A program made the position numbers and the translations under genes. Positions 25,416 to 38,309 of a DNA stretch of 64,000 nt are shown here, piece by piece. Position 1 is the stretch's first letter; the number at the start of each line of letters is the position of its first letter. The stretch comes from Bispira polyomma (Eukaryota). The stretch spans positions 25,358,001-25,422,000 of the forward strand of contig OZ287760.1 in NCBI GenBank assembly GCA_965649765.1, read 5' to 3'. Below the pieces are notes generated by a model. That model was not told where the DNA came from, did no database searches, and saw nothing but the letters and a program-made list of their open reading frames with translations.

Positions 25416-28400
25416 TGTAAAAAGGATAAATAACAATTTTAATGTATCCCTGTTGAAAAATTATGGCCCTGTAAGAACCGTGGGAAAATCAATGTCAAAA
25501 TCACAGATAATCCAGTTTTCACAGTTTAATCGACTGACAGCAATAGATATATTTCATATATTATCGATTAGAGTTTAAGTAGGAATGCATGTGAGATTCT
25601 GAGAACGGGTGACCTTTAGAATGTTAATAGTAGAATTGTGAGAACTCCAGCCCTCTCCCCCATCTACCCACCCACACCTCCTCTACATATAATGGCACAA
25701 ACATAATGACGGAAACATGCACAGGTGAAATGAGGGATGTGACTTGTCAAAGTTGCAAACGTTTTGTATCCTGCCAAAAAAAATTCCAAGGGGGCCCGTA
25801 TTGTCCAGAGAAACTCAAAGTCAAGCTCAGGCTCCAAGAAAGATGATATCATCAAATATCTGACTGTATGTTTAAATTCAGCGCTGAAAATTCTGTTAAA
25901 AGGAATGGTCACAAGTCTAGGGTATTTCTTTGTGTACAGGAGTTTATAGATAGTATTCATTTGAATATAACTGTGAGCTTGAGCTTCTGGTATTCCCTAA
26001 TGAAACTCAAACTCAAACCCAATTCAAGCAAAGACTACTATTTAAGTTTCACATGGTAGCAAAGTTTGTTGATTGATAATTTAGCGATCACACTATTAAG
26101 ATCTCAGCCACGTTTATACCAGAAGACCTTGTGTAATCTGGAGAGAATAGGTGAAAATGCTCATTTGCATATTATTCACCAGATCATGCCCAGCTTATGC
26201 CCAGGATATGTCCTGTTTTACCTGATTTCACAAGTTTATGACCAGTTTTTGCCCAGACCAGACCAAATTTAAGCAGATCATCACACGTTTAGGCAACGTT
26301 TGTTCTAGATTACACAAGACTGCACCAGTCCTGTCCAGATCACACATGTTCTGAGCAGTTTTTGCCTTGTGTAAGGCCCGCCAACACTTGTTGTCTCCAG
26401 TTCTCCTCAGATGTGACTGTTAGAGCCGACCACCCATGAAAGTTTTGAACATGTCCAGTTCTTGCTAATCTCTTCAATATCTTAGACATTTACACCAGAT
26501 CAAACAAGTTCTTGGGAGGGTGTGTACAGAGTTTATGATGTGATCCAGATCAATAAGACATATAAACAAACGTCTTACACACCTTTTATATTTTATTATA
26601 TATCTACACATGTCTACGTGTTAGAAACTACCATGCCTTAAGCTAAGTTTTACTTACATTTCGCCTGTGTAGCATTTTAAGGTAGCCTTCACCTGAGGCT
26701 GACTTCACTCTGACGTCTACTACTACTTTTGCTTTGTTTAATAGAGCTTTCAGCATTGAATTCAATTGTGCAGTTCAATATTGGTGTTACATTTAGGGGG
26801 ATACACGGAAGAACCCTGTTCCTGGATCCCTGGACAATACCCTAGATAAGTACGCTTCAATCCGGAAGTGGGAAGTGGCAATTGGTGGAGCGGTAAACGG
26901 TACACCGCTGTGAAACAGCTCAGTAGTTACAGGTCAGAAGTTACAGGGTGGTGCTCACAATAGTCTAAAACAAAATTAAATGTTCTACACTAACTAGCAT
27001 CTACCACATATAGGGCTGTCATTTACCGAGTTATAAAAGAAACTTATACAAGAACAAATGTTATCCATCAATAATCACATTACTTGAGAGAATATTCTAG
27101 CAACTAAAACATACAGATGGCTAGTAAATAATAGGAATAATAAAATAACTATATTTTAGGCATAATATATATGAACTACACCAAGCAAAATAACAGAATA
27201 TTTTACTGCACTAACTTATAAGATTACAGCAAACTCTATATAATTCAAATATCTACAATGCACAAGATTTGATTCTAGTTATAATAAATCTACTATGTAT
27301 AGAAAATACTGTCCTTACATTATACACCCCAAATAAATGTCAACACACAACTTGTTGCTCCTTGCCCATAACTTTTGTGAGAGTGATTGGAAGGGGACAA
27401 TGTCCTAAATACCCAAACCTTGGCAATGTGACAATATTGAAAACCATACACACATACACACACAGTTCACTGGCTGGACACTGCATTACAAAACACCCAC
27501 AAACTCTAGGGTCACTTAGTTCACAAGAACAGTCTAGCTATATACATTAACACACAACACTAGTCAGACTATATACACTAATACACAACAATTGGGTTGA
27601 TCACTTATATACCTCAAGGAAATACTTCATTCTTATACCTCGCCTAGAAACACAAGACACAGCTTCCCAAAATTAAAATTCCTTCAAGTCCCTTCTTTTG
27701 ACTCTAGAATACACCAATCCCACAAATATTTCACCAAATCTTTAAGCCACTATGCGCCTACTTTCTGGAACTCTCTTCCCCTTTATAAAAGAACTAGGCC
27801 GTCAGTAACATCTTTTAGAAAGCACCTTAAGACTCACCCCTTGTAATCTGCCTTCCCTGCCTAGCACTTTCCTTCATCACACTCACAACCCTGGATTAAC
27901 GACCTGTTATGTCCATCGACTATGAATTTGGATGATTTTCTTGTTTCGTTTTCAGGATGATTTTTCATTTGGTACTCAATTCATTCAAATATTATGTTTT
28001 TTTTTGCTGATACTATTAATTCGATTCTTGGAGGTAGGGGGGTGGGGATTAATTTTTTTTCTGTCATCAAATTGGTACACCTGGGTGTACTGGCTTCTAC
28101 AGTAGCTACACCTTTGCCTTTGCGAGGAAGATTTTGCGCCTGTAAAGCAGTAGATTTAGATTTTTCGATTAAGTAATTTAAATAAACAAGCAGATTTTAC
28201 ACATATTGCCTCTCACTGGAGATTTAGGCAGAGACACATTGTAGGAGTAGAGTTTCAGTTGATCCTTAAGCATTGACATTGAGTTAAGCATTGACATTGA
28301 GTTGGGCCTGAGGGTTGTTTTTGGAGACTGGAATTTTGGTGGTGTCCAGAGGTTTCGCTGTTTTCTGTTTTTCAGATTCGGTGCATAGTTATTTTGCTGT

Positions 28401-30060
28401 TAAATTTGGGGGTTTCGCTTGATAGATATGTTAATTTCAAGTTTTGTGTTTTTTAGTTTTTGACAGTTTTCCTGAAAATTTTAATTGAATAAATGGCTGG
28501 TATCTATATGAATATTTGATCTAAAATGTTGGTTTTAGTATCACTACAAAGCTGTTATTATGTCCTTTATGACAGGCGTCTCCAATATACAGGGGGGACA
28601 GCGATTCGTGGTGGACAGCGTTTCGCCGTAAATATGCTTATTACACCTTCTCACTGTAGAAAATTTATTTTAAAGGAAATTATATACACAATATATAAAG
28701 TATTATCTGTTGAAAGAATTTTTGAAGTAATTAGATATACGAACAGAGCTTAATAATCAGTGGTACTACTCAAAGTGTGGGTTTACCAATTCGACTGTAC
28801 TTCTAATGGGCTATTAAAATAATAATAATAGAAACATATATATAGCACAAAATTGATAAAAATCCTTTAATGCGCTGAGTGGTATCTTTTTTTTCTATTT
28901 CTCATGTTATGTACAGTGCACACAAACTATTACCTAATATAATTATTGTTATTAATAAACCTTATAGGTAATATTTTAATCTACATATTTACCATTGTTT
29001 CAAAATGGCGAAATGCTGTCTACTTTTTAATCAATATTAAGCCAGTCACTTTGATTTGTACCTTGTGGTTAAACTTCATCAGAAGTACCTTAATGTACCT
29101 GGATATGAGTCAGATATGTATGCAATAAAACAACCTCCACAAATTACCAGTGGATTGCCTTAACATAATTCTTTTTGCTCACATTTGTCAAATTTGCCGA
29201 AACAGCAGCGAAAACGTCGTCTAGCAAAACCTCCGGTAATCATTTTGGTGACTGGATGTCAAAACGTGTTTGAGATGTTTGTGATTACAGTGCCACACAC
29301 AGAACTGTCATTTTGTGTTAACGTGGCAGGTCTAGATCTGTCCGTTGTGTAATAGTGGGTATTTTTGTCTGTGGGTACAAAACTTGCAACAAAAATTTTA
29401 GAAAAAATATTAATACCAAAAATCCCCACAAATAAGATTGATGACCGGAACAAGACCAGCCCATTAGAATGTCAAAATACTTACGGCTGGGGTACTTAGT
29501 TACTATAGGAATAACCCATGACAAAGTATATGATAATTTTTACCATGATTGGAGGCGTATTAACATAAAGGCAAGGCTCCAAAAATGGTAATAATTACTG
29601 TATACCATGCTTTGGAATGGATTATTCCTACTCTAACATAACAAATTAAAGTTATTTCCTGATTTAAACTGGTTTTACTGCAAAATTATATTATTGAAGG
29701 AACTATATCCACTGGGTATACAGTACACTTTAGATGAAATTAGTTTATTTCTATCTATGGGTGCATGTTATTTTTACTATAGCGTTAAGCCAATCAGAAT
29801 CGCCAACACTGCCGTGTCATGTAAGACATAGGTTTCAAACTTTAAACCATTCCACCTCAATGCTGTGGGAAAGTAGTTGACGGCATTTGTAACTTCCAGA
29901 ACTTATTGTCATTCACACCTCAAAACTATGTCCCTTCAGTTCCACACGAAATAGGAAATGATTAGTAGTTATTGAATGCTAGAAGTAGTCTGTGGTGTGT
30001 GTGTGTGTGTGTTAGTCACTCCAAAAATTTCCTTTACTTCTCGGCGGGATCTTAATCCCT

Positions 30061-30192
30061 NNNNNNNNNNNNNNNNNNNNNNNNNNNNNNNNNNNNNNNN
30101 NNNNNNNNNNNNNNNNNNNNNNNNNNNNNNNNNNNNNNNNNNNNNNNNNNNNNNNNNNNNNNNNNNNNNNNNNNNNNNNNNNNNNNNNNNNN
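30061..30192. other. Assembly gap
   Basis: Run of N. Confidence 1.
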
Positions 30193-31561
30193 ACGATGGC
30201 AAATTTTAGATTCCTTACTCTAACATTAAGCACTCAATTGCACTCATCCAAATAACGTATTTTTTTTCTCATGTTGTTTCCATTCGACCGTCGGCAAGTA
30301 ACAGCCAACTATCCCACTTAAAAGCCCGAACGAAATTCGAACTGGGACCCTAGAGGTGGGAGGCGAAGTGTGTTAGCACTGCGCCATTGAGGCCCCACAA
30401 AAACTCAGTGAAAACCCCATTTTAAGTAGAACTCTGTTAAGTTAGTGTTCTATTCAGTTGTTATGGTGAATAATTTTGTAGTCCCACTAAAAAAGTCTTC
30501 TCTCTTTTAAAATCTACTCTGCTAAGTGGAAATCTTTCTAAAATAGAGGTAAATCTCCTGGCCCCATATTCACTAACATTCCTCTTCAGAGAAAACTACT
30601 CTCATTTACGGAAGAGTATAAGGGCCAACGTTTGTTTTTTTTTAATTGTCGAGATAATATCTCAATAAATCAAGATAATTCGGAAAAAAAAATAAATTTT
30701 GTTTTTTGAATTGTCGAGATAATATCTCGATAAATCGAGATAATTTAGAATTATTTTTTGGGGAATTGTAGGCAATTTCTGAAAAAACAATTCTAAGAAT
30801 ATGAATTTCTAAGAATTGTCATAAAAATGACTTTTCCACAAACAAATCCATGCTTAAGTCAACAACTAAAATATTGTTGCTACCTCTTTTGTACACAGCT
30901 ATAATTAAACTGAATTGTTCAATTATGTTCACTTTTGGAAATCTAACCATTCTCAGACCAGGGATTTTTTTACAAATTGCTGGTTTTCCTCTAAAAGTCC
31001 TAGAATAAAGGAGGCAGTTTCCCGAAGCTGGCGCCAAAGTATTAGTGAAGTGAATACCTGATGTAAAGTAAGGCTGATGAAGAAAGCAAGACAAGTTTAG
31101 AAAACCTTTGGGCTTTCCATTTACACACACAGAACACAATGTTAACACACTTCTACGTACCTTAACGTAAGGGTACCTTAACTTTTGGTTGCACGCTCTG
31201 CATGTTTGAGTTTAAGGCGACCTGAACTTTAGGCCACCTTAGCTTTAAAGGTTTTACGTATGTGTTTGTGAGTATAAACCCCCGGTCTATCGAGCACGAC
31301 AACTTCAGGGGCCTGCTGAATCAGTTCCACATCCTAGTAAATACCCCTTTTAAAAACTATTCTTGTTCCCAAGTACATACTTCCCACACTTCTCCCAATT
31401 AGCCAATCACTAATTAGACCACCTTTCATTAGAAATTATGTCCCCACTTTTGGGTGCCATATTGGACCAAGCATTCAAAGGGTCAACAACAAAAAACGAA
31501 ATTTTATTCCCAGCACCAACCCCTAAGATTTCACCACTTAAGTTACATTTTACTAGGGAAG

Positions 31562-31725
31562 GCAGGGTGAAGACTGAACTCATGGCCGGGTGAAGATCGG
31601 GTAGTCTTTTCGCTCTCCTCTGAGCCCAACTATAGTGGCCAGGGTAGAATAAGGGCGATCTGACCATTCTTTTTCTTTGCTAGGTGATTAGGTACCACAG
31701 GCCTCGGGCTCCACGGACTCCCTGC
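31562..31725 (+). ncRNA. Candidate structured RNA element, copy A (mirror copy 34797-34960, minus strand)
   Basis: Nested helices shared with copy B through compensatory changes (see findings). Expression is not shown. Confidence 0.55.
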
Positions 31726-31776
31726 ATGTCCAGTAAGATTAAGTACAAATTAGGTAAATAAAAATTTCAGAGAATG

Positions 31777-31940
31777 GCAGACGGGTGGTTGAACTCTCGG
31801 CTGTGTGGAGACGTTTTCAGTCCTTGTTCCCTCCTCTGAGCCCAACTGTAGTGGCCAGGGTTGAATAAGGGGACAGGGACTGAATTCTTCTCTGCTAGGT
31901 GAATAGGTACCATAGGCCTCGGGTTCCATTGCACGTCTGC
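31777..31940 (+). ncRNA. Candidate structured RNA element, copy B (mirror copy 34582-34745, minus strand)
   Basis: GCAGACG/CGUCUGC outer stem and a 17-bp inner stem with two G-U pairs; conserved loop blocks shared with copy A. Confidence 0.55.
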
Positions 31941-34183
31941 GCAAATCAGTGAAAAGTACATTGATTATTTATTAACTTAGTTATAAATGTCGGATGGGCC
32001 ACAGGCCTACTAAATCGGTTGACAATGTCAACCATAGTGTGAAACTTGCATGTGTATTTGTCCGCTGTCGTGGGCTCACTGCTGTGACATTATGTCAGTG
32101 GTCTTGAATTAAAGAAATAATAGAGTAAATGTAATATACTGAATCAATGTGGTGGGCTAGTCCCAGGAACACTTATATCTGGTGTTTATAGACGTAGTTG
32201 TACCCCTGATAATTTTAATGGTTTTAATGTAACGGGCTAGTCCCATAAGCTTCAACTATATGGGTTGTTTGCTTTATATTTACACTAGTTATTTTGTACT
32301 TTTATTTACGTGCTTTGTTATACTAGTATTATTATATATCTTTTATTCTGTTGAAGGGTTCATTTAAAATTTCAGCTACCTCTTCAATTTTAAATATTTT
32401 ATACTAATTACTGTATATTGTACATAGCATACTAACTTGTACAGAAAAATAAACTCCAAAACAGTATCTTTTCATTGTCTTATATCACTAACCATAGACA
32501 CTTTGATATCAACAACTTACTTTGACTACACATAGGGAACTGCCTCGAGGTTTGACTAAAAGGGGGTTTGACCCTAAAATGGGGTTTACCTGTTGAGCTC
32601 CCTTCTATTTGATTAACTTTCTATTCTCCAAACACATATTAACACTCTCCTACTTTGTTGGATAATAGAGCTTCTAATGAGTAGTCGCAAAGAACAGATG
32701 TTCATCAATTATGTAGTATATACATTCACCTTTCTTTGGGAATACAGTGTAACTTCTGTTATTCAAACATGTTCGCATTACAGAAGGTTTCATTAGATAA
32801 ATTGAGGCATTTCAGAATGTGGTGTTTTTCTGGTTTGCCCCTTTCTTGACTGGAAGAAAAAAAATGCCGGTATAACTGAGGGATTTTTTTCTGGTAAGAG
32901 GTTACAGACAGCTTGAATCACTGAGAGACACACAACAGATTACTTTTGGCACTCAATAATGACCTGTTGAATGTAAAAATTTTTAAACAAAGTAGTCTGC
33001 TGTTCTAAACAATTTCCTATTTCCAGGAACTGAGGGAAAAATAAACTCATATTTTTTGGGGTGGTGTCGGCTGCCTGCCGATAGGCATAGGGTTCTGGGA
33101 GTCACAAATTGGAACTGTATGTACAAAAAATTGGATGTGGGCTGTTGTGAAAGCATGGAATTCCCCCCCCCCCACCCCCCCCCGACACAGAATGTCTAGA
33201 TGAAAAAAACACACGTATTATCCGAGCCTATTAAGGAGAGTAAAGGGCTTTACAGACCACAACACGACACAACGTTTTTAAGAGATTTATCTAAGGCCAA
33301 TCACACTGACGTGCAGTGTCATGCTAGGACTAGTCTCAATAATCAATATATATTGTCTTTATATTTATGTAGTGTCGTGTTGTGTCGTGGGCGGCCTGTT
33401 AAAGCCCTTTCGTTGGGATAACAGAGCTGTTTTCATAACACAGAAGAGGGTTATTTGAGAGTTATATTCACAAAGAGTGTTATATTCATAAAACAATAGG
33501 AAAATGTCGGTTTAGAAGAAGAATGCAAATATGTTCATCAATATTAGGATAATGAGGGAGCTAAATAAAAGTCATCAATCCACCATCGAAATTTTGCGAT
33601 AAATATAGTCACATTTTGACACAGGTATTGCCAAAGTCCTTAACCAATCTCTGTATCCAGTGCAGTGTGAATGAGCCAATACTTTACATACACTTGTGGA
33701 GGAGGTAAGGCTGTCATGACAAAAAGGCGTTTTTCCCTTCTCCCGAGGCAAGTTGCCAAGATGAGGAAACACACGTACATATTGCTGACAAGTGACATAA
33801 ATAACAGGAAATAGTTGTAGTAATCTTTTTGTAGTAGAACGTCTATAATAATTATCATTTTTTTTTTTGGTATATCACTGTTATCTAATGCATTTTGACA
33901 TTATTACCCCGACCTGGGTTCTTCCACTTGTCTATCAATTGTTCAGTCTCAGCTCCCTCAGGAAGCATACAAGCCATGCTGTCACATAAGGGCACAAAGA
34001 CAAACACCACACCAGGGCCCGTATTCATTAACAGACTGAGCCAAGTCTTAGGCTTAAATCTAGTATCCTTAGGTTAGGGCCCAGGGTAGAGAGGGGCAAC
34101 TGTGTGTAAAGTACCTTGTCCAAAGACACAATCACCAGACCAGCAGCGAGGATTGGACCAGAACTGAAGTTTGACATTCAAGC

Positions 34184-34229
<46 letters not shown>

Positions 34230-34233
<4 letters not shown>

Positions 34234-36244
34234 CTAGTGTAAATATAAAGCAAACAACCCATATAGTTGAAGCTTATGGGACTAGCCCGTTACATTAAAA
34301 CCATTAAAATTATCAGGGGTACAACTACGTCTATAAACACCAGATATAAGTGTTCCTGGGACTAGCCCACCACATTGATTCAGTATATTACATTTACTCT
34401 ATTATTTCTTTAATTCAAGACCACTGACATAATGTCACAGCAGTGAGCCCACGACAGCGGACAAATACACATGCAAGTTTCGCACTATGGTTGACATTGT
34501 CAACCGATTTAGTAGGCCTGTGGCCCATCCGACATTTATAACTAAGTTAATAAATAATCAATGTACTTTTCACTGATTTGCGCAGACGTGCAATGGAACC
34601 CGAGGCCTATGGTACCTATTCACCTAGCAGAGAAGAATTCAGTCCCTGTCCCCTTATTCAACCCTGGCCACTACAGTTGGGCTCAGAGGAGGGAACAAGG
34701 ACTGAAAACGTCTCCACACAGCCGAGAGTTCAACCACCCGTCTGCCATTCTCTGAAATTTTTATTTACCTAATTTGTACTTAATCTTACTGGACATGCAG
34801 GGAGTCCGTGGAGCCCGAGGCCTGTGGTACCTAATCACCTAGCAAAGAAAAAGAATGGTCAGATCGCCCTTATTCTACCCTGGCCACTATAGTTGGGCTC
34901 AGAGGAGAGCGAAAAGACTACCCGATCTTCACCCGGCCATGAGTTCAGTCTTCACCCTGCCTTCCCTAGTAAAATGTAACTTAAGTGGTGAAATCTTAGG
35001 GGTTGGTGCTGGGAATAAAATTTCGTTTTTTGTTGTTGACCCTTTGAATGCTTGGTCCAATATGGCACCCAAAAGTGGGGACATAATTTCTAATGAAAGG
35101 TGGTCTAATTAGTGATTGGCTAATTGGGAGAAGTGTGGGAAGTATGTACTTGGGAACAAGAATAGTTTTTAAAAGGGGTATTTACTAGGATGTGGAACTG
35201 ATTCAGCAGGCCCCTGAAGTTGTCGTGCTCGATAGACCGGGGGTTTATACTCACAAACACATATGTAACCTTTAAAGCTAAGGTGGCCTAAAGTTCAGGT
35301 CGCCTTAAACTCAAACATGCAGAGCGTGCAACCAAAAGTTAAGGTACCCTTACGTTAAGGTACGTAGAAGTGTGTTAACATTGTGTTCTGTGTGTGTAAA
35401 TGGAAACCCCAAAGGTTTTCTAAACTTGTCTTGCTTTCTTCACCAGCCTTACTTTACATCAGGTATTCACTTCACTAATACTGAGAATGGTTAGATTTCC
35501 AAAAGTGAACATAATTGAACAATTCAGTTTAATTATAGCTGTGTACAAAAGAGGTAGCAACAATATTTTAGTTGTTGACTTAAGCATGGATTTGTTTGTG
35601 GAAAAGTCATTTTTATGACAATTCTTAGAAATTCATATTCTTAGAATTGTTTTTTCAGAAATTGCCTACAATTCCCCAAAAAATAATTCTAAATTATCTC
35701 GATTTATCGAGATATTATCTCGACAATTCAAAAAACAAAATTTATTTTTTTTTCCGAATTATCTTGATTTATTGAGATATTATCTCGACAATTAAAAAAA
35801 AACAAACGTTGGCCCTTATACTCTTCCGTAAATGAGAGTAGTTTTCTCTGAAGAGGAATGTTAGTGAATATGGGGCCAGGAGATTTACCTCTATTTTAGA
35901 AAGATTTCCACTTAGCAGAGTAGATTTTAAAAGAGAGAAGACTTTTTTAGTGGGACTACAAAATTATTCACCATAACAACTGAATAGAACACTAACTTAA
36001 CAGAGTTCTACTTAAAATGGGGTTTTCACTGAGTTTTTGTGGGGCCTCAATGGCGCAGTGCTAACACACTTCGCCTCCCACCTCTAGGGTCCCAGTTCGA
36101 ATTTCGTCCGGGCTTTTAAGTGGGATAGTTGGCTGTTACTTGCCGACGGTCGAATGGAAACAACATGAGAAAAAAAATACGTTATTTGGATGAGTGCAAT
36201 TGAGTGCTTAATGTTAGAGTAAGGAATCTAAAATTTGCCATCGT
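34230..36244 (-). repeat. Right arm of the inverted duplication
   Basis: About 99% identical to the left arm. Lacks 83 bp corresponding to 30957-31039 and abuts (TA)n at 34186-34231. Confidence 0.97.
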
Positions 36245-36440
36245 ATCTGAATTTCGCTACCCTAAAATTTAAGTTAGATCAATAAAAAATGGTGAAAAAT
36301 AACTGGAATTTAGGTGAGCAAGGCAAAATAGTCATCAAAATATCAATTTCACCAAATATTACTTACAATTCTACCAAAACCACTACCTTTTCTTGGTGGC
36401 GTATTTCAGATACAGTGGCGAATTTTAGAATCCTTACTCT
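36216..36440. mobile_element. MITE with ~25-bp TIRs
   Basis: AGAGTAAGGAATCTAAAATTTGCCA / TGGCGAATTTTAGAATCCTTACTCT. Older copies at ~61570-61797 and 63508-63704. Confidence 0.75.
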
Positions 36441-37836
36441 GTACATTTTGAGAACAAAAAGTTCTCTACAGGCTTAGTAACTGTGTTTTATCTTGTGCCA
36501 AAGTAGTAACACATTTTGGGGCCGGCAGGAGCTGACTTGACTTGAAACTATTTTTGGGTGCAATTTTGGTGATTGGTTTATTAATCCCCCTGTTGAATTA
36601 AACCAAATTGTCCCAGTCACTTCTAGATTCACGTCTACAACAAAGACTCCAGCACAGTCACTGTCACATATGCTCGAGGTGTGTGTTTTTTTAGTCGCTG
36701 TTGAATTGAATACCATGTCTTAAGCCTATGCTTCCTTTTAACGGATCCCGACGTCTTCCATTTTTAGCCTGACATTGGCCGATTAATGCTTCTGTGCAGC
36801 CAATGAAAAATATGTTGCTGTCTCTCACATTCGATTAAAATCACATTCTGAACGGACATATTTCAGCAAAGCACCCCAAAAATCAGACTGACCTCCCAAA
36901 ATGGTGACCGATGAATTTGGCTGACAAAAATCGACTGAAAGGAAGCGTAGGGCTAACCTAATCCAAATTTTTTTTTTTTTTTTTTAGGGGGGGGGGGGGA
37001 GGGGGGCAGTTTTGTGATGTATAGAAAAGATGTTAAAGATTCTGTACATGTATATAATGGAACCTATGACATATAGACAATATTGTATTTATAATACATT
37101 TTTTAGGTGTCTCTGAAAACAACAACAGTGCAATGGTTTGTGTGTGGAACTTATGTAAGAAGCAAATTTAGTCGTGACACTTAGATTTGTCACCCCCCAC
37201 AAATTGATTTATACTGTGGCCAGAGAGATTGGTATATAATAGATCTAAGGAAACTAAGAACAGAAAGTGCAGTGCGGTGACTGGTTTAGTACATTAGAGC
37301 TCTTTATACCAAAAGGTGCCGAAAACAAAAACACAGCTTTGTTAATACCATAAAAGTAGGAGCATTCGTTTTTACAACATCAACATTGCAGCAAACTTTA
37401 TGGGCCTGTATTTACAAAAGGTCTTAAGCTCGATTCATACAGGCAGGAAAATTTAAATACAGTTCTAATGTCCTGGTCACACTAGATTTCCGTTTTAATT
37501 ATGCACAAAAATGAATAAATAGAAGGTAAAACGTAATGAAAATGAATCCGAAAACAGATTTTGCGTATTGAACATAGAATATATAAAAGTAAGGTTGCGT
37601 AAGTAAAACATAACAGAAAAATCCATCATATCGAACAGCACAAAATGATAGATAAAATTAGTTAAACTTAATTAAAAGTTCATGTGTTCACTATCTTAAT
37701 ATGCGTTAAGAACGTGATAGAAACAATTATGTTTTATAAATTTTCACTTGTTTACTTCCGTTTGCCGAAAATAAAAACGTAAAACCAAATATATTTAATA
37801 TTATTTATTAAGATCCCATCTTTAATGGGATCTTAA

Positions 37837-38109
37837 CCCCTTCACGACCATGTCCATCAACCGCCAGCCAATGGCTGTTTTTTTTCGCAAGTGTCATGTC
37901 CGTTAGCCAGCAGTCGACAGTATATTATATTATTATATAGCTCCCTCAGCACACAGGAATACAATCTATATGGTACAGTGCTTTCAAAATTAAATTAAAC
38001 ATATGTATTAATTTGTGGGGTAATAAGTAGTGTCGAAAACCTTCTCTGTGACGTCATGGAATGTTCTCCCTTGGTATAGTACAATTACTCTCAATCGGTG
38101 GTGAAGGGG
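37837..38109. mobile_element. piggyBac-like MITE
   Basis: TTAA on both sides and TIRs CCCCTTCACGACC / GGTGGTGAAGGGG. Confidence 0.75.
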
Positions 38110-38156
38110 TTAAAATAACTAAAACTTAACAGATTATTTTCACTTAGCAGAGTTCT

Positions 38157-38309
38157 NNNNNNNNNNNNNNNNNNNNNNNNNNNNNNNNNNNNNNNNNNNN
38201 NNNNNNNNNNNNNNNNNNNNNNNNNNNNNNNNNNNNNNNNNNNNNNNNNNNNNNNNNNNNNNNNNNNNNNNNNNNNNNNNNNNNNNNNNNNNNNNNNNNN
38301 NNNNNNNNN
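38157..38309. other. Assembly gap
   Basis: Run of N. Confidence 1.

Larger units (their letters stand above)
30193..32292 (+). repeat. Left arm of a ~2.1-kb inverted duplication
   Basis: Reverse complement of 34230-36244; begins at an N gap. Confidence 0.97.

Noticed and set aside
31610-31660. Resemblance of the module to miR-125, HDV-ribozyme L3 (UCCUC) or an H/ACA snoRNA
   Set aside because: The miR-125 seed does not match and the stems are the variable part. No consistent HDV P1/P1.1 was found in both copies. An ACA box is missing in one copy and lies on the strand disfavoured by G-U bias.
31410-31961. Short ORFs repeated identically at 34561-35112
   Set aside because: The identity comes from the inverted duplication. 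Divergence between modules A and B follows base pairing, not codons.
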